In this document: positions 29,030-39,623 of the stretch, in pieces | Numbering within the stretch: position 1 is the stretch's first letter | Layout: the number at the start of each line of letters is the position of its first letter | Assembly: GCA_000830295.1 (NCBI GenBank) | Contig: CP010425.1 | Location: 480,001-544,000 of the forward strand | Reading direction: 5' to 3' | Length of the DNA stretch: 64,000 nt | From: an archaeon GW2011_AR15 | GTDB taxonomy: Archaea > Nanobdellota > Nanobdellia > Woesearchaeales > GW2011-AR15 | Made by a program: the position numbers and the translations under genes | The notes under the pieces: model-generated | What the model was told of the DNA's origin: nothing | Database searches by the model: none | What the model saw: only the letters and a program-made list of their open reading frames with translations

Positions 29030-29141
29030 GGGCAGAAAGAGGCGGGTTTTATTTATATAACTTTTTGTATTTTTCGAACCGACCCCGTCGTTTAAATAAC
29101 CCACCCCAAAATATTTAAAACCATTAAATATTATAAGCGGA

Positions 29142-30923
29142 ATGAAACAAAAGATTTTATTCGGTGCAGCATATTCAATTATTGAGCCGCTCGGTCTTTT
29201 GCATCTGGGTGGATTGGCTAGGGATTTAGGGTTTGAAACGGATTATTGCTTGGTCAAAAACCAGGAGTATTCAGAGTTCCATGATAAAGTAAAAGCTGAA
29301 AAGCCAGATTTCGTAGGATTTAATGTATATACGGGCAATCACCTCAGCCTTTACAAATATCTTGGACTCCTAAAAAAAGAATTCCCTAAAATCAAGACCA
29401 TACTTGGCGGGCCCCATTCCAGCTATTTCCCTTATGAAGCTGTCAAGCATGCAGATTATGTGGTGATGAGCGAAGGCTTCACAGGACTTAAGCAGATACT
29501 CCTGGGAGAGGCTGCCAAGGGAGTGATTCCGCCGGCAAGGGAGAGTTTTACATTTCCAATTCCCGACAGAAAAAAATTCTATTCCTTGTATCCAAAGCAT
29601 GGCAGTAGCCCAATAAAAAGCATAATTACGATGACGGGCTGCCCTTTCAGGTGCACCTATTGCTACAATAGCTCAAATATCGAAGATGTAACTTCCGGCC
29701 TTTCTAAAGAAGTACTGCTCAAATTTGACAAGTCCAGGCTGCCAGGAAGGCTGTTCGCCTGGAATATAAGGACTGTGGATGCTGTGATTCAGGAGGCTAT
29801 AGAACTTGTTAAGAATTATCCGACAAAAATGATATATTTCCAGGATGATGTTTTTGGTATGAAACTCAAATGGCTTGAGGAATTTGCAAAGAGATGGCCA
29901 AAAGAAGTAGGCATCAAATGGCATGCGCAGATGAGGTGGGAAATGACTGTAGGAGAGAGCGGGTGCCAGAGGCTGGATTTGTGCAAATCTGCAGGATGCA
30001 GCGGACTCACCCTGGCAATAGAAGCTGCTGATCCTGTGATGAGGGCAGAAGTGCTGGACAGAACAATGCCGCAGGAAATGATCTTTGAAGGAATGAAAAA
30101 CTGCACAGACAGGGGACTTATGATAAGGACTGAGCAGATAACCGGCCTGCCGTATGGTGCAACAAGCGCACCCACAAAAATAAACCTTGGCGCAGACCTG
30201 CAGATTCTTGAATTGAATGTCAGGTTGAGGGAAAATACAGGCGGACCCCATATTGCATGGGCATCCACTTTTGTGCCTTATGCAAGGACAAGGCTCGGCA
30301 TATATTCAACAAACTACGGATTTTACGGCAATCCCGGAGACGAAAACTGGGACATCAAGGATACTTTTTTCGAGAAAAGTGTGTTAAAATTTCTGAAAAA
30401 CTATGTTGGCCCGGAGCTCAAAGAAAAGAAAAATTTGCAGGATTTGTGGCTTTCGGGGCAAGAGCTCGAACAATACAGAAACCAAAATGCGCAACTTAGG
30501 CATCATTTCAATGTATTTGCATACCTTGACAAAGGCCACGAGTTTGCTGAAAAATACATTAAGCGTGGTGAATACACCTTTGAAGCTCTTGGAGAGATGG
30601 TGAGGGACTGGCAAAAGCACAAAATCAGCAAGGAAGATGAGAAGAAGTTTATATCTAAAATCTCTCAATATATAAAAACCGAATCACAGAAAAAATCAGT
30701 TGTTTCGCTGGCCCCATATTTGATGTCTGTGCCTTATCCAGAAGAACTGGCAAGACGCTTCCTAAATTATGCTGAAAAAAAGGGACATGAGATGAGTGTA
30801 TTGAGCGATGCTGTGAGGCATCATCTATATGATTATGTTGTGTATCAGGTTGAAGCACCATCAGATACGTCATCATCCTATTCAATCAAATTGCCTGGCT
30901 CTGCAATTTCTTATGAATGCTGA
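29142..30923 (+). CDS. Cobalamin-binding-domain radical SAM protein
   Basis: EPLGLLHL...GGPH...EG (B12-binding domain), GCPFRCTYC (CxxxCxxC), FQDD and GLPY. Confidence 0.88.
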   Translation: MKQKILFGAAYSIIEPLGLLHLGGLARDLGFETDYCLVKNQEYSEFHDKVKAEKPDFVGFNVYTGNHLSLYKYLGLLKKEFPKIKTILGGPHSSYFPYEAVKHADYVVMSEGFTGLKQILLGEAAKGVIPPARESFTFPIPDRKKFYSLYPKHGSSPIKSIITMTGCPFRCTYCYNSSNIEDVTSGLSKEVLLKFDKSRLPGRLFAWNIRTVDAVIQEAIELVKNYPTKMIYFQDDVFGMKLKWLEEFAKRWPKEVGIKWHAQMRWEMTVGESGCQRLDLCKSAGCSGLTLAIEAADPVMRAEVLDRTMPQEMIFEGMKNCTDRGLMIRTEQITGLPYGATSAPTKINLGADLQILELNVRLRENTGGPHIAWASTFVPYARTRLGIYSTNYGFYGNPGDENWDIKDTFFEKSVLKFLKNYVGPELKEKKNLQDLWLSGQELEQYRNQNAQLRHHFNVFAYLDKGHEFAEKYIKRGEYTFEALGEMVRDWQKHKISKEDEKKFISKISQYIKTESQKKSVVSLAPYLMSVPYPEELARRFLNYAEKKGHEMSVLSDAVRHHLYDYVVYQVEAPSDTSSSYSIKLPGSAISYEC

Positions 30924-31002
30924 CTTTGCTTTGTCTGTTTCAGATTACTAATGCAGACCATAAAATACGCAAATTTATAATAATCTGCAGAAATCATTCC
31001 TT

Positions 31003-32079
31003 ATGATGAAGAAAATCCTGATATTAAATCTGGTGCCGAACACAATAGGTGATTCTATCTTGATGACCCCTATGTTCACTACAATAAAGAAAAACTATCC
31101 AGATTCTTTCCTTGCCGCTACAGCAGACAGGCTCACCAGGGATTTGTGGCTTAATAATAAGGAGATTGATAAGACAATACTTGTAAAAGAACTGGAGACT
31201 ATTGGCAATCACAATGCAGGCAAATTAAAAAAAGCCTATGCATACTTTAGAATGTTTTTCCGATTGATACGACAAATAAGGGCAGAGAGATTTGATGCCT
31301 GCTTCATAGCTTACCCCAATTTTTTTCTAATGCCCCTAATCCCCTATCTGGCGGGAATCAAAACAAAGGTAGGATATACCTACAAGGGATCTTATCTGGC
31401 TTTCCTTCTGACAAAAAAAACACCAAGCATGTTGCTTTTCGATGATTGCTACGATAGGCATATTGTTTACTCCTTTATGGACCTACTTAAGGCTGCAGGG
31501 CTATCTTATTCAGAATCTGATATAGTGCCCCGGATTTTGGTCTCGGAAAAGGAATTGTCTGCAGCCAGAAAAAAACTGAAGAAATTTAAAAGACTCATAT
31601 CCGTGCACGCCTTATCAAAGATTGTCTCAAAAAACTGGCCAAAAGAAAAATTCAGGGAACTACTGCCGATTCTCGCAAAAAAATATAATGCGACAATCCT
31701 GCTGTTCGGCTCAAAAGGAGAATTTGGATACAACGAGGAGATAAAAGGCAGTTCAGAGCAGATTGTCAATTTATGCGGACAATGCAGCATCAGGGAAACT
31801 GCTGCCCTGATAAAGCTTAGTGATTTATTTATCGGAAATGATTCCGGGCTTGGTCATATTGCCTCAAGTGTCGGGACAAATACAATCTCGTTGTTCGGCT
31901 CCACGGATCCAGTGCAGGCAAAGCCCATTGGTCCCGGAAAAGTGATTGTAATATTCAAAAATAACAGGAAAAACTTATTCCATTATTACAAGACTGGAAG
32001 AATTGAGCTGGATATTGAGTCTATGAACAGCATAACAGTTAGGGATGTTCTTGCCGCAGTAAAGACGTTTCTGGGTTAA
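31003..32079 (+). CDS. Glycosyltransferase family 9 (heptosyltransferase-like)
   Basis: IGDSILMTP, KNWP.EKF, NLCGQCSIRETAALI and FIGNDSGLGHIA motifs. Confidence 0.92.
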   Translation: MMKKILILNLVPNTIGDSILMTPMFTTIKKNYPDSFLAATADRLTRDLWLNNKEIDKTILVKELETIGNHNAGKLKKAYAYFRMFFRLIRQIRAERFDACFIAYPNFFLMPLIPYLAGIKTKVGYTYKGSYLAFLLTKKTPSMLLFDDCYDRHIVYSFMDLLKAAGLSYSESDIVPRILVSEKELSAARKKLKKFKRLISVHALSKIVSKNWPKEKFRELLPILAKKYNATILLFGSKGEFGYNEEIKGSSEQIVNLCGQCSIRETAALIKLSDLFIGNDSGLGHIASSVGTNTISLFGSTDPVQAKPIGPGKVIVIFKNNRKNLFHYYKTGRIELDIESMNSITVRDVLAAVKTFLG

Positions 32080-32110
32080 TTTTATATAGATATATCCAAT
32101 TTTTGCATTT

Positions 32111-33079
32111 ATGAAGATATTTATAGTAGACATGCTTGGATGCAGGAAGCCCTATCTCGGTTATCAGATTGAATCTGCCTTCAAGCAACTGAAACATGAG
32201 ACAAAGACATTTGATTATAGGGCATTCAAGTTTCAGCATCTTCCGCTGACAAATTTTCTGCTGAATAAATTGATGGTTCTGCAGGCAAAATCATGGAAAC
32301 CCGACTTGGTAGTCGTAAATAAAGGTGAATCCATTCTCAGAGGCACTATCTCCGACATAAAGAAAGAAGGCATAAAGACAGTCAACTGGAATCCAGACGA
32401 GCCGTTTGGGCTGTTGCAAGCCTTCAATAAAATCCAGAACCTAGAGGAGTATGATGCCTGCTTCAATTATGATACGCAATATATTGAGCCAATGAAGGAG
32501 ATTAATCCGAATTCCTATCATCTTCCTCCCGGTGCCGATCCATCATATGTCCACAAAGAACAGATTCCTCTAAAGCAAAGGAGATATCCTGCTGATATCT
32601 GTATGGTTGGGACTGCTTATCCTAATAGGATCAGCCTGCTGTCAAAATTAGAAAGATATACGATGAAGGTTGCAGGTCCGGGCTGGGATAAAGCGCCGAG
32701 AAATATTTCAGAGAACTCCTTGCCATATGTTGATAATATTGAGATGGTCAGGCTATTCAATGAATCAAAGATAGTACTTAACCCGTATGGCTCATCAAAA
32801 AACTTCATTTGCCCTAATCCAAGAACTTTTGAAATACCTGCATCACGTTCTTTTGAACTCACGGATATGCCCAGAGAAACCAAAAAATATTTTACTCCCA
32901 AAAAAGAATTTGTTGTCTACAGAGATGAAAAAGAATTTGTGGAGCTTGTAGAATATTATACAGAGAACAAAGAGGAAAGAGAGAAAATTGCCGAAGCCGG
33001 GTATAAGAGAGTATTAAAAGAGCACACAATGAAGCACAGAGTCAAGAGTCTTCTGGGTACTCTAAAGAGATCAGATTAA
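32111..33079 (+). CDS. CgeB/YkvP-like glycosyltransferase
   Basis: WNPDEP, VGTAYPNR, SKIVLN, NPRTFEI and HTM.HR motifs. Confidence 0.82.
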   Translation: MKIFIVDMLGCRKPYLGYQIESAFKQLKHETKTFDYRAFKFQHLPLTNFLLNKLMVLQAKSWKPDLVVVNKGESILRGTISDIKKEGIKTVNWNPDEPFGLLQAFNKIQNLEEYDACFNYDTQYIEPMKEINPNSYHLPPGADPSYVHKEQIPLKQRRYPADICMVGTAYPNRISLLSKLERYTMKVAGPGWDKAPRNISENSLPYVDNIEMVRLFNESKIVLNPYGSSKNFICPNPRTFEIPASRSFELTDMPRETKKYFTPKKEFVVYRDEKEFVELVEYYTENKEEREKIAEAGYKRVLKEHTMKHRVKSLLGTLKRSD

Positions 33080-34192
33080 CCTCTTATTCTTAAGCTCCCT
33101 ATAAGCCTTATCAACCATATCTTTTGCTTCCTGATCCCTTGACCAGTTTACAAGCTCTTCCATACCTTCTTTAAGGGTTATTTTAGGAGAATAATCAAGC
33201 TTAGACTTTATCTTTGATATGTCTGAGAAACAATGCCTTATATCGCCTTTCCTGAATTCACCCGGAAATTCCGGCTTTACATCAGAGCCGAATATGTCAA
33301 TAAGTGTTGCTGACAGCTCATTCAGGGTAATCTTATGCCCGGCCCCCACATTAAAAACCTGGCCGTTTGCAGCCTTTTTCTCCATTGACAGCACACAGCC
33401 CTGCACAATATCATGCACAGACACAAAATCCCTGCTCTGCTCCCCATCTTCAAATATTAGTGGGGGCTTGTTGTTCTTTATCCTGCTCATGAAAATAGCA
33501 GCAACACCAGTATAAGGGTTGCTAAGGCTCTGCCTTGGTCCGTATACATTGAAAAACCTCAGGGCAACAGAAGGAATGCCGTATGCTTCCCCTATGTTCA
33601 GGGTCATTTCCTCCTGGTTCTTCTTTGTTATTGCATATATGCTGCTGTTGGAGAGCGGCTTTGTTTCCTTTGTGCCTACTGGAGTAAGCTCTTTCCTGCA
33701 GTCAGGGCATGCAATATTCCACTGTTTTTTCTCAAGCTGTTCATTTGTTCTTCTGACATTATGGAATTCCCTGCCGCAGCTTTCGCATTTATAGCTTCCC
33801 TCCCCGTAAATGCTCATGCTGGAGGCAATAATCATTTTTTTGACGCTGTGCTCTTCATTGGCCATGGCATGAAGAAGGTTTGCAGTTCCCAGCTCATTAG
33901 CTTCAACATATTCCTTTACCTGATACATGGACTGCCCGACTCCGACACGCGCAGCGAGGTTGAAAACAACATCAGAATCAGAGACAAGCCCTTTGAGCTT
34001 CTCGTAATCAGCCATATCGCCCTTCACAAATTTGGCATCCTTGTTCAGGTAATCCGGAGTTTTCCCAAGATGAACCTGCGGCTCAAGACTGTCAAATATA
34101 GTGACTTCATGGCCTTTCTCTACAAGGTTGTCAACAAGAAATGAGCCTATGAAACCTGCTCCGCCGGTAACAAGTATCTTGTGCGTCATCAT
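33071..34192 (-). CDS. NAD-dependent epimerase/dehydratase with a CxxC...CxxC insert
   Basis: TGGAGFIG, ASSMSIYGEG, CESC...CPDC, YAITK and NPYTGVAAIF motifs. Confidence 0.9.
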   Translation of the reverse strand: MMTHKILVTGGAGFIGSFLVDNLVEKGHEVTIFDSLEPQVHLGKTPDYLNKDAKFVKGDMADYEKLKGLVSDSDVVFNLAARVGVGQSMYQVKEYVEANELGTANLLHAMANEEHSVKKMIIASSMSIYGEGSYKCESCGREFHNVRRTNEQLEKKQWNIACPDCRKELTPVGTKETKPLSNSSIYAITKKNQEEMTLNIGEAYGIPSVALRFFNVYGPRQSLSNPYTGVAAIFMSRIKNNKPPLIFEDGEQSRDFVSVHDIVQGCVLSMEKKAANGQVFNVGAGHKITLNELSATLIDIFGSDVKPEFPGEFRKGDIRHCFSDISKIKSKLDYSPKITLKEGMEELVNWSRDQEAKDMVDKAYRELKNKRLI

Positions 34193-34222
34193 ACCTGCTA
34201 AAAGTTAGGTAACTTATAAAGT

Positions 34223-35263
34223 TTATTGCAAACCAGCCAAATACTGCTTAAGTGTTTTCCCCATTTCAACTGCACTGCATTTCTCCTCAAATAGTGCATT
34301 TCCGCCGGATGCAATTTTTTTCCTCAATCCTGCGTCTTTTTTAAGAGCCATTATGGCATCAGCAAGGCTTCTCTCATCTGCAGCATTGCAGAGATAGCAG
34401 TTTTTTTTGTGGCTAAAGAGTTCTTTTATTGCCGGAGTATCTCCTGTAATCAAGGGTTTTTCCATTGCAATTATCTCATATGCCTTATTTGGGATAACTC
34501 TCTGTGTTTTTTCAGACGCCCCGAAAATGCCAAGGCAGACATCCCCTCTGGAAATATATCCAGGCAAAGTTTCCAGTTTCTTAAACCCAAGAAAATCGAT
34601 ATTTTTTATTTTCAGCTTCTTGCATAATTCCTTTATCTCATTATATGTCTGGCCCGCCCCCACAATTTCAAACTTTATTTTCTCCTTTTCAAGAATCTTG
34701 GCAGCCTTTACAATATATTCTATGCCCTGCAAAGGTATGAAAGTGCCGTGAAAAGACACAACAAATTCTTTGCTTTTATGTGCTTTCCTCGGATAAAATA
34801 TCTCTTCATCTGCGCCAATAAACACTCTTCTAAATTTGTTTCTTTTAAGCCCGAATTCTTCCACAAAATAATTTATGTGGTTGTTTGTATCGAGCAAGAC
34901 AAGGTCAGACAGCAGGCAGGCATATTTATCCCCTTTCCAGAGCATCCACGCCTTTCCCGAGTTTTTTTCCACGGTTTTCCTGTCATTTACCAGATTATCA
35001 TAATCAGATATAAATGCGTCAAAAACAATTGGTTTCCTGTGGAATGCCTTGAGCAGTTTTGAAACAAGAAGGACAAATTTTCCTGTTGCTATTATAATAT
35101 CATAATCATTTCTTAGAACTCTTCTGGCAATATCAAAATACTTTGTCCATTTTCTGCAAAGATAAATATCCACATCCGCATTGTTTTTTTGCAGACCTTT
35201 GTAAAGTATTCTGCCTCTGGAGTATCCTTTTATGTTATAAGTCCCCAGCATAAGGACTTTCAT
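34223..35263 (-). CDS. Glycosyltransferase family 4
   Basis: FHGTFIPLQG and CLGIFG..EKTQRVIPNKAYE motifs. Confidence 0.88.
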   Translation of the reverse strand: MKVLMLGTYNIKGYSRGRILYKGLQKNNADVDIYLCRKWTKYFDIARRVLRNDYDIIIATGKFVLLVSKLLKAFHRKPIVFDAFISDYDNLVNDRKTVEKNSGKAWMLWKGDKYACLLSDLVLLDTNNHINYFVEEFGLKRNKFRRVFIGADEEIFYPRKAHKSKEFVVSFHGTFIPLQGIEYIVKAAKILEKEKIKFEIVGAGQTYNEIKELCKKLKIKNIDFLGFKKLETLPGYISRGDVCLGIFGASEKTQRVIPNKAYEIIAMEKPLITGDTPAIKELFSHKKNCYLCNAADERSLADAIMALKKDAGLRKKIASGGNALFEEKCSAVEMGKTLKQYLAGLQ

Positions 35264-36399
35264 TTTGCATACACTCTCTCAATCCCATCAGAAATCTTTT
35301 TCCAGTCATATTTCTCAACAAATTTTGCTTCTGTTATTTTCTTATCATAAAGCTTTTTGTCATTAATAAGCATCATTACTTTTTCGGCAAGGCTCTTATA
35401 ATTGCTTGCTCTGAAATGCAGGCCGCCTTTTCCATTCCCTGTAACTTCCCTGAACACGTCAATATCCGAGGCAACATAAGGAACCCTGGAGGCCATGCTT
35501 TCCAGCAGCACTATGCCGAACCCCTCAACAGTCCCGGGATGGCATAAGACCCATGAGGATTTTAGTGTTTTTATTGCATCCCTGCATTTCTTTACATAGC
35601 CCAGAAACACAACATTTTTTTCAACCCCAAGTTTCCTGCTCAGGGACACAAGCTTTTTCCTTTCCGGGCCGTCTCCGATGATTCTGCACTTTACATCCGG
35701 AATATTCTTCTTTATTTCAGAAACAGCCCTCAACAAATCATCAACTCTTTTGTGCTCCACAAGCCTGCCTATGTAGCATATTGACGGGGTTTTCGTCTTT
35801 TTCGCCTTTATAGTCCCATAATAACCAGTGTTTATGCCGTTGGGCACAACAACAGAATCAAGCCCGTATTTCATAAGCTCTCTCTTAGTGGTATTTGAAA
35901 CAGAAATGACTTTTATTTTCAGCAGCCTTGACAGGAACAAAATTTTTCTTTCCATTATCTCTCCAAGTATTCCTGCTTTTTTCCCTGTATTTTTTACCCA
36001 GTTATTCATCCATGTCTCATGATAGGTTATGTGCGCCCCGGCTCCCAGCAATTTTGAGAATATTGCTGCAGGATAGCAGAAAAAACTCTGGCCGTCAACA
36101 ATTGCTATCTTGTTTTTAATCATGAGCCACGGAATCCTGAGTATTGCACCAAGACACCATAAACCCCTTTTAAGAATGCTGCCAGTTGATGTATACTCAT
36201 AAGAAAAGCCATGCCTTAATACTCTGATTCCTGAAAAAGTAGCTTCTTTGCCCTGCCCGGGCCGCCTGGAAGTCATTACATAAACATTGTGCTTTTTTGC
36301 CAGATGCCTGGCAAGATTGAAAGCCCTGTTTTCAACTCCCCCTGTTATCTCAGCCCTATCGCTTTCAGGGAAATACTCGCTAAGTATCAGTATGTTCAT
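35260..36399 (-). CDS. Glycosyltransferase family 4
   Basis: GGVE, PNGI, GRLVEHKRVD and EGFGIVLLESMA motifs. Confidence 0.92.
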   Translation of the reverse strand: MNILILSEYFPESDRAEITGGVENRAFNLARHLAKKHNVYVMTSRRPGQGKEATFSGIRVLRHGFSYEYTSTGSILKRGLWCLGAILRIPWLMIKNKIAIVDGQSFFCYPAAIFSKLLGAGAHITYHETWMNNWVKNTGKKAGILGEIMERKILFLSRLLKIKVISVSNTTKRELMKYGLDSVVVPNGINTGYYGTIKAKKTKTPSICYIGRLVEHKRVDDLLRAVSEIKKNIPDVKCRIIGDGPERKKLVSLSRKLGVEKNVVFLGYVKKCRDAIKTLKSSWVLCHPGTVEGFGIVLLESMASRVPYVASDIDVFREVTGNGKGGLHFRASNYKSLAEKVMMLINDKKLYDKKITEAKFVEKYDWKKISDGIERVYAK

Positions 36400-37643
36400 T
36401 TTAACCTTTTATAGACAGCTGCAACGTCTTTTTTTATATGTTTTGCAGCAAACTTCTTTTTTATCTCCTGCCTTATTTTTTTAATGTCAACAGATATCTC
36501 TTTTTTCAAAGCTTTCTGCAGCAAACTCCTTAGTTCGTTTGCATCTCCGGCCCTGAACAGAAATCCTGTCTTGCTATTGATTATATCAGGGATGCCTCCA
36601 ATATCAGAAGCAAGCACAAGCTTTCCTGCTGCGCATGCCTCAAGCACAGCCCTGCCGAATGCCTCGCCGACAGCAGAAGGATAGACAAGTATGTCATGCT
36701 TCTCCATTATTTTTGGAATCTCAGAATATGAGACCTTATCATTTATCTTAACACTAAGATTGTTTTCATTAACCTGTTTCTCAAGAGTATCTCTCAGCAC
36801 GCCGCTCCCGTAAAAATTGCACACATATTTTTCCTTTATCCCTTTCAGCGCCTCAACAAGCAAATGGGCGCCCTTAGGCTTGCTGTATTCTCCCAGGTAT
36901 AGAATCTTAGGTATCTTGTTCCTGGGCTGCTTTAGCTTGAGGAACCTGTCAAATTCAGCTATGTTGTATATTGTTTTTATTTTTCCTGGCTCAATGCCTG
37001 CCATCAGCAGCCTTTTGCGCATGTAATTGCTTATAGGCATGTAAAAATCAAATTTGTCCATGTGTTTCTGATAAGTCTCAAATCTGCGCCTTATAGTGTA
37101 AATCAGGCCGGGATTAAGCCTGCTGAAAAAATTCAGGCGCATCTTCCCTATATTCTCAGAATTCATGTAGCAATCCAGGAAAACAAGCCTCGTGCACTTC
37201 CTGTCGCATATCTCTTTATCCTTATACATGAGAGTGCCTTTAGGGCAGAAAAGAACTGGGCCGTTCACATGAAGCACAAAAGGGACATTCAACTTTTTTT
37301 TCAGCTTTACAGCAGCAGCACTGCTGGCGTTCATGCAGTGGATAATGCCAAACTTTTCCTGTTTATGCAATATCTTTAGTTGTTTTAACAGGGAGCGCTC
37401 AAAAAACAGCATTCTTCTGAGATTTCCTGCAAATGTATTCGGGTCCCTGCCTGTTTTAAGGAGCCTGTGTATCTTTACCTTCTCCAAAGTCTCCTCTTTT
37501 TTCAGCCCCGGAAAATGAGAAGTAAGGACATGCACTTCGATGCCTTTTTCTTTGGAAAGCTCTCTAGCCAAAAGAAAGGCGCTTATCTCGCCCCCGCCCC
37601 TGCTCTCAGGAGGAAAATACTCTGAAACCATAAGTACCTTCAT
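36396..37643 (-). CDS. Glycosyltransferase family 4 with a Cys-rich insert
   Basis: GGGEIS, CPKG...C...C......C, KPKG and EAFGRAVLEA motifs. Confidence 0.9.
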   Translation of the reverse strand: MKVLMVSEYFPPESRGGGEISAFLLARELSKEKGIEVHVLTSHFPGLKKEETLEKVKIHRLLKTGRDPNTFAGNLRRMLFFERSLLKQLKILHKQEKFGIIHCMNASSAAAVKLKKKLNVPFVLHVNGPVLFCPKGTLMYKDKEICDRKCTRLVFLDCYMNSENIGKMRLNFFSRLNPGLIYTIRRRFETYQKHMDKFDFYMPISNYMRKRLLMAGIEPGKIKTIYNIAEFDRFLKLKQPRNKIPKILYLGEYSKPKGAHLLVEALKGIKEKYVCNFYGSGVLRDTLEKQVNENNLSVKINDKVSYSEIPKIMEKHDILVYPSAVGEAFGRAVLEACAAGKLVLASDIGGIPDIINSKTGFLFRAGDANELRSLLQKALKKEISVDIKKIRQEIKKKFAAKHIKKDVAAVYKRLK

Positions 37644-37670
37644 AGGGCCAAAAGAATACAGTGTTATTTA

Positions 37671-37832
37671 TTAAAATAGTGTATAGACAAACGGGCTTAC
37701 AGCAGAGCTCTGTCCGAATATTATCAGGATTGCAACTAGCAGGAGCATAATTATAATCGGTGTGAGCCACCAGACTTTTCTGACTTTAAGGAAGTCCCAA
37801 AGCTCTACCAGCATAGATTTATTTTTGGACAT
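37671..37832 (-). CDS. DUF5989/SxtK-like small membrane protein
   Basis: ELWDFLKVRKVWWLTPII...SSAVSPFVYTLF pattern, located right after a carbamoyltransferase. Confidence 0.85.
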   Translation of the reverse strand: MSKNKSMLVELWDFLKVRKVWWLTPIIIMLLLVAILIIFGQSSAVSPFVYTLF

Positions 37833-37860
37833 AATACCTGTTTGTGAGATATTTGATATT

Positions 37861-39621
37861 TTAATCTTTCGCATATTTCTCACTGTCCCAGAAATCCTGT
37901 GGGTTATCTTCCCTCTTAACCAGGAATCTGTCAATGACAAGGCAGTCTATGCCTGTCCCCGTCATGCATCTGTAGGCATCATATGGGGTGCAGACAATGG
38001 GTTCGCCCCTGATATTGAAAGAGGTGTTTATCAGTATCGGGATGCCGGAAAGCTTTCCGAATTCTTTTATGACATCATAATACAGCGGATTCTGTTTTCT
38101 TCTTATGGTCTGCAGCCTTCCTGAGCCATCAACATGCGTGACAGAAGGGAGTTTCTTGTGCCATTTTCTGAATACTGGATAGACCATGAGCATGAAATCA
38201 GTTGGCCCAGGCACCGGCCTGTCGCAGTCAAAATATTCGAGAGCATCGTCCTCACATACAACAGGGGCAAATGGCCTAAAGATTTCCCTATGTTTTACTT
38301 TTGTGTTAAGCAGTTCCTTGGCATCGGGATTGCACGGGTTTGCCAGTATGCTCCTTGCCCCCAATGCTCTCGGTCCCCATTCCATTCTCCCCTGGAACCA
38401 GCCGACAACTTTATTTTCGAAAATCATCTTTGCTGTTTTTTCAATAATTTCCCTTTCGTCTTTGAATTCTGAATATTTTATATTGTTCTCATCAAGGAAT
38501 TTCTTTATTTCCTGCCTGCTGAATTCCGGGCCAAGATAAGCATTTTCCTGTACATAACCTCTTTTTTTCCCGAGAAGTGTATTGTATATGTAGCATGCAA
38601 CGCCAAGGCTTGTCCCACCGTCGCCTGCCGCAGGCTGTATCCATATTTTTTTGAAAGGCGTGTTCCTCAGAATCCTCCCATTATATACACTGTTTAAGGC
38701 AACTCCTCCTGCCATGACAAGAACATCGCATTTTGTTTCCTTATGCAAATGGTTGAGGATTTTTGTCAGAGCCTCTTCTGTTATGATCTGGAGAGCCGCA
38801 GCAATATCTTTATGTTTTTGGGTAAGTGTGTCTTTTGGCTTTCTCACTGGGCCTCCAAGAAGCCTGCATAATTTGTCAGAGGGCATCCTGTCTGTATATA
38901 CATACCTAAAGTAGGAGAGGTCAAGCCTGAAGCTGCCGTCGTATTTTATGTCTATAACTTTCTTCATTTTCTTGTAGAAAGGATTTGTTTCAGGGTTCAT
39001 GTCACCGTAGGAAGCCAGGCCCATCACCTTATATTCTGAGTTATTCACAGAAAATCCGAGATATGCCGTTATAGTGCTGTACAGCAATCCGATAGAGTGC
39101 GGGAACTTTATTTCTTTCATCAGAGTTATCTCATTTCCTTCTCCAAGGCCGTAAGCTGTTGTAGTCCACTCACCAACACCGTCAGCAGTAAGTATGGCAG
39201 CCTTCTCAAACGGACTTGGAAGAAAAGAAGACGCAGCATGCGCCATGTGGTGATCCACAAACAGCACGTCCCCTTTGTATTTCAGCTCTTTTCTTATTTT
39301 GCTTACAACCCTGAGCTTTTCATTTATCCATGAAGGCATGGAGCTCAGAAAAACTTTATAACTCCAGGGGAAGGTGTCAATATACTGCGAAAGCAATCTT
39401 TCAAATTTCAAAAAAGGTTTTTCATAGAACCCGATATATTCTACATCATCAATCGCTATCTTTTGACTCTTAAGACAATACTTTACGGCATTTATCGGAA
39501 AAGAAGTGTCATGCTTCTTCCTTGTAAACCTTTCTTCTTCCGCTGCAGCAACTATCTTTCCGTCCTTCAGCAAAGCAGCTGAAGCATCATGGTAATAGCA
39601 CGAAATTCCGAGTATATACAT
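37861..39621 (-). CDS. O-carbamoyltransferase (NodU/CmcH/TobZ/SxtI family)
   Basis: YHDASAAL, EEERFTRKKH, HHMAHAAS, DGVGE, EYKVMGLA, GPRALGARS, RPFAP, THVDGS.R.QT and NTSFN motifs. Confidence 0.95.
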   Translation of the reverse strand: MYILGISCYYHDASAALLKDGKIVAAAEEERFTRKKHDTSFPINAVKYCLKSQKIAIDDVEYIGFYEKPFLKFERLLSQYIDTFPWSYKVFLSSMPSWINEKLRVVSKIRKELKYKGDVLFVDHHMAHAASSFLPSPFEKAAILTADGVGEWTTTAYGLGEGNEITLMKEIKFPHSIGLLYSTITAYLGFSVNNSEYKVMGLASYGDMNPETNPFYKKMKKVIDIKYDGSFRLDLSYFRYVYTDRMPSDKLCRLLGGPVRKPKDTLTQKHKDIAAALQIITEEALTKILNHLHKETKCDVLVMAGGVALNSVYNGRILRNTPFKKIWIQPAAGDGGTSLGVACYIYNTLLGKKRGYVQENAYLGPEFSRQEIKKFLDENNIKYSEFKDEREIIEKTAKMIFENKVVGWFQGRMEWGPRALGARSILANPCNPDAKELLNTKVKHREIFRPFAPVVCEDDALEYFDCDRPVPGPTDFMLMVYPVFRKWHKKLPSVTHVDGSGRLQTIRRKQNPLYYDVIKEFGKLSGIPILINTSFNIRGEPIVCTPYDAYRCMTGTGIDCLVIDRFLVKREDNPQDFWDSEKYAKD

Positions 39622-39623
39622 TT

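Noticed and set aside
25627-32079. Bacterial LPS locus or contaminating contig
   Set aside because: No lpx/kds/waaA genes, archaeal TATA-type spacing and archaeal genes on both flanks. A chimera cannot be fully excluded without reads.
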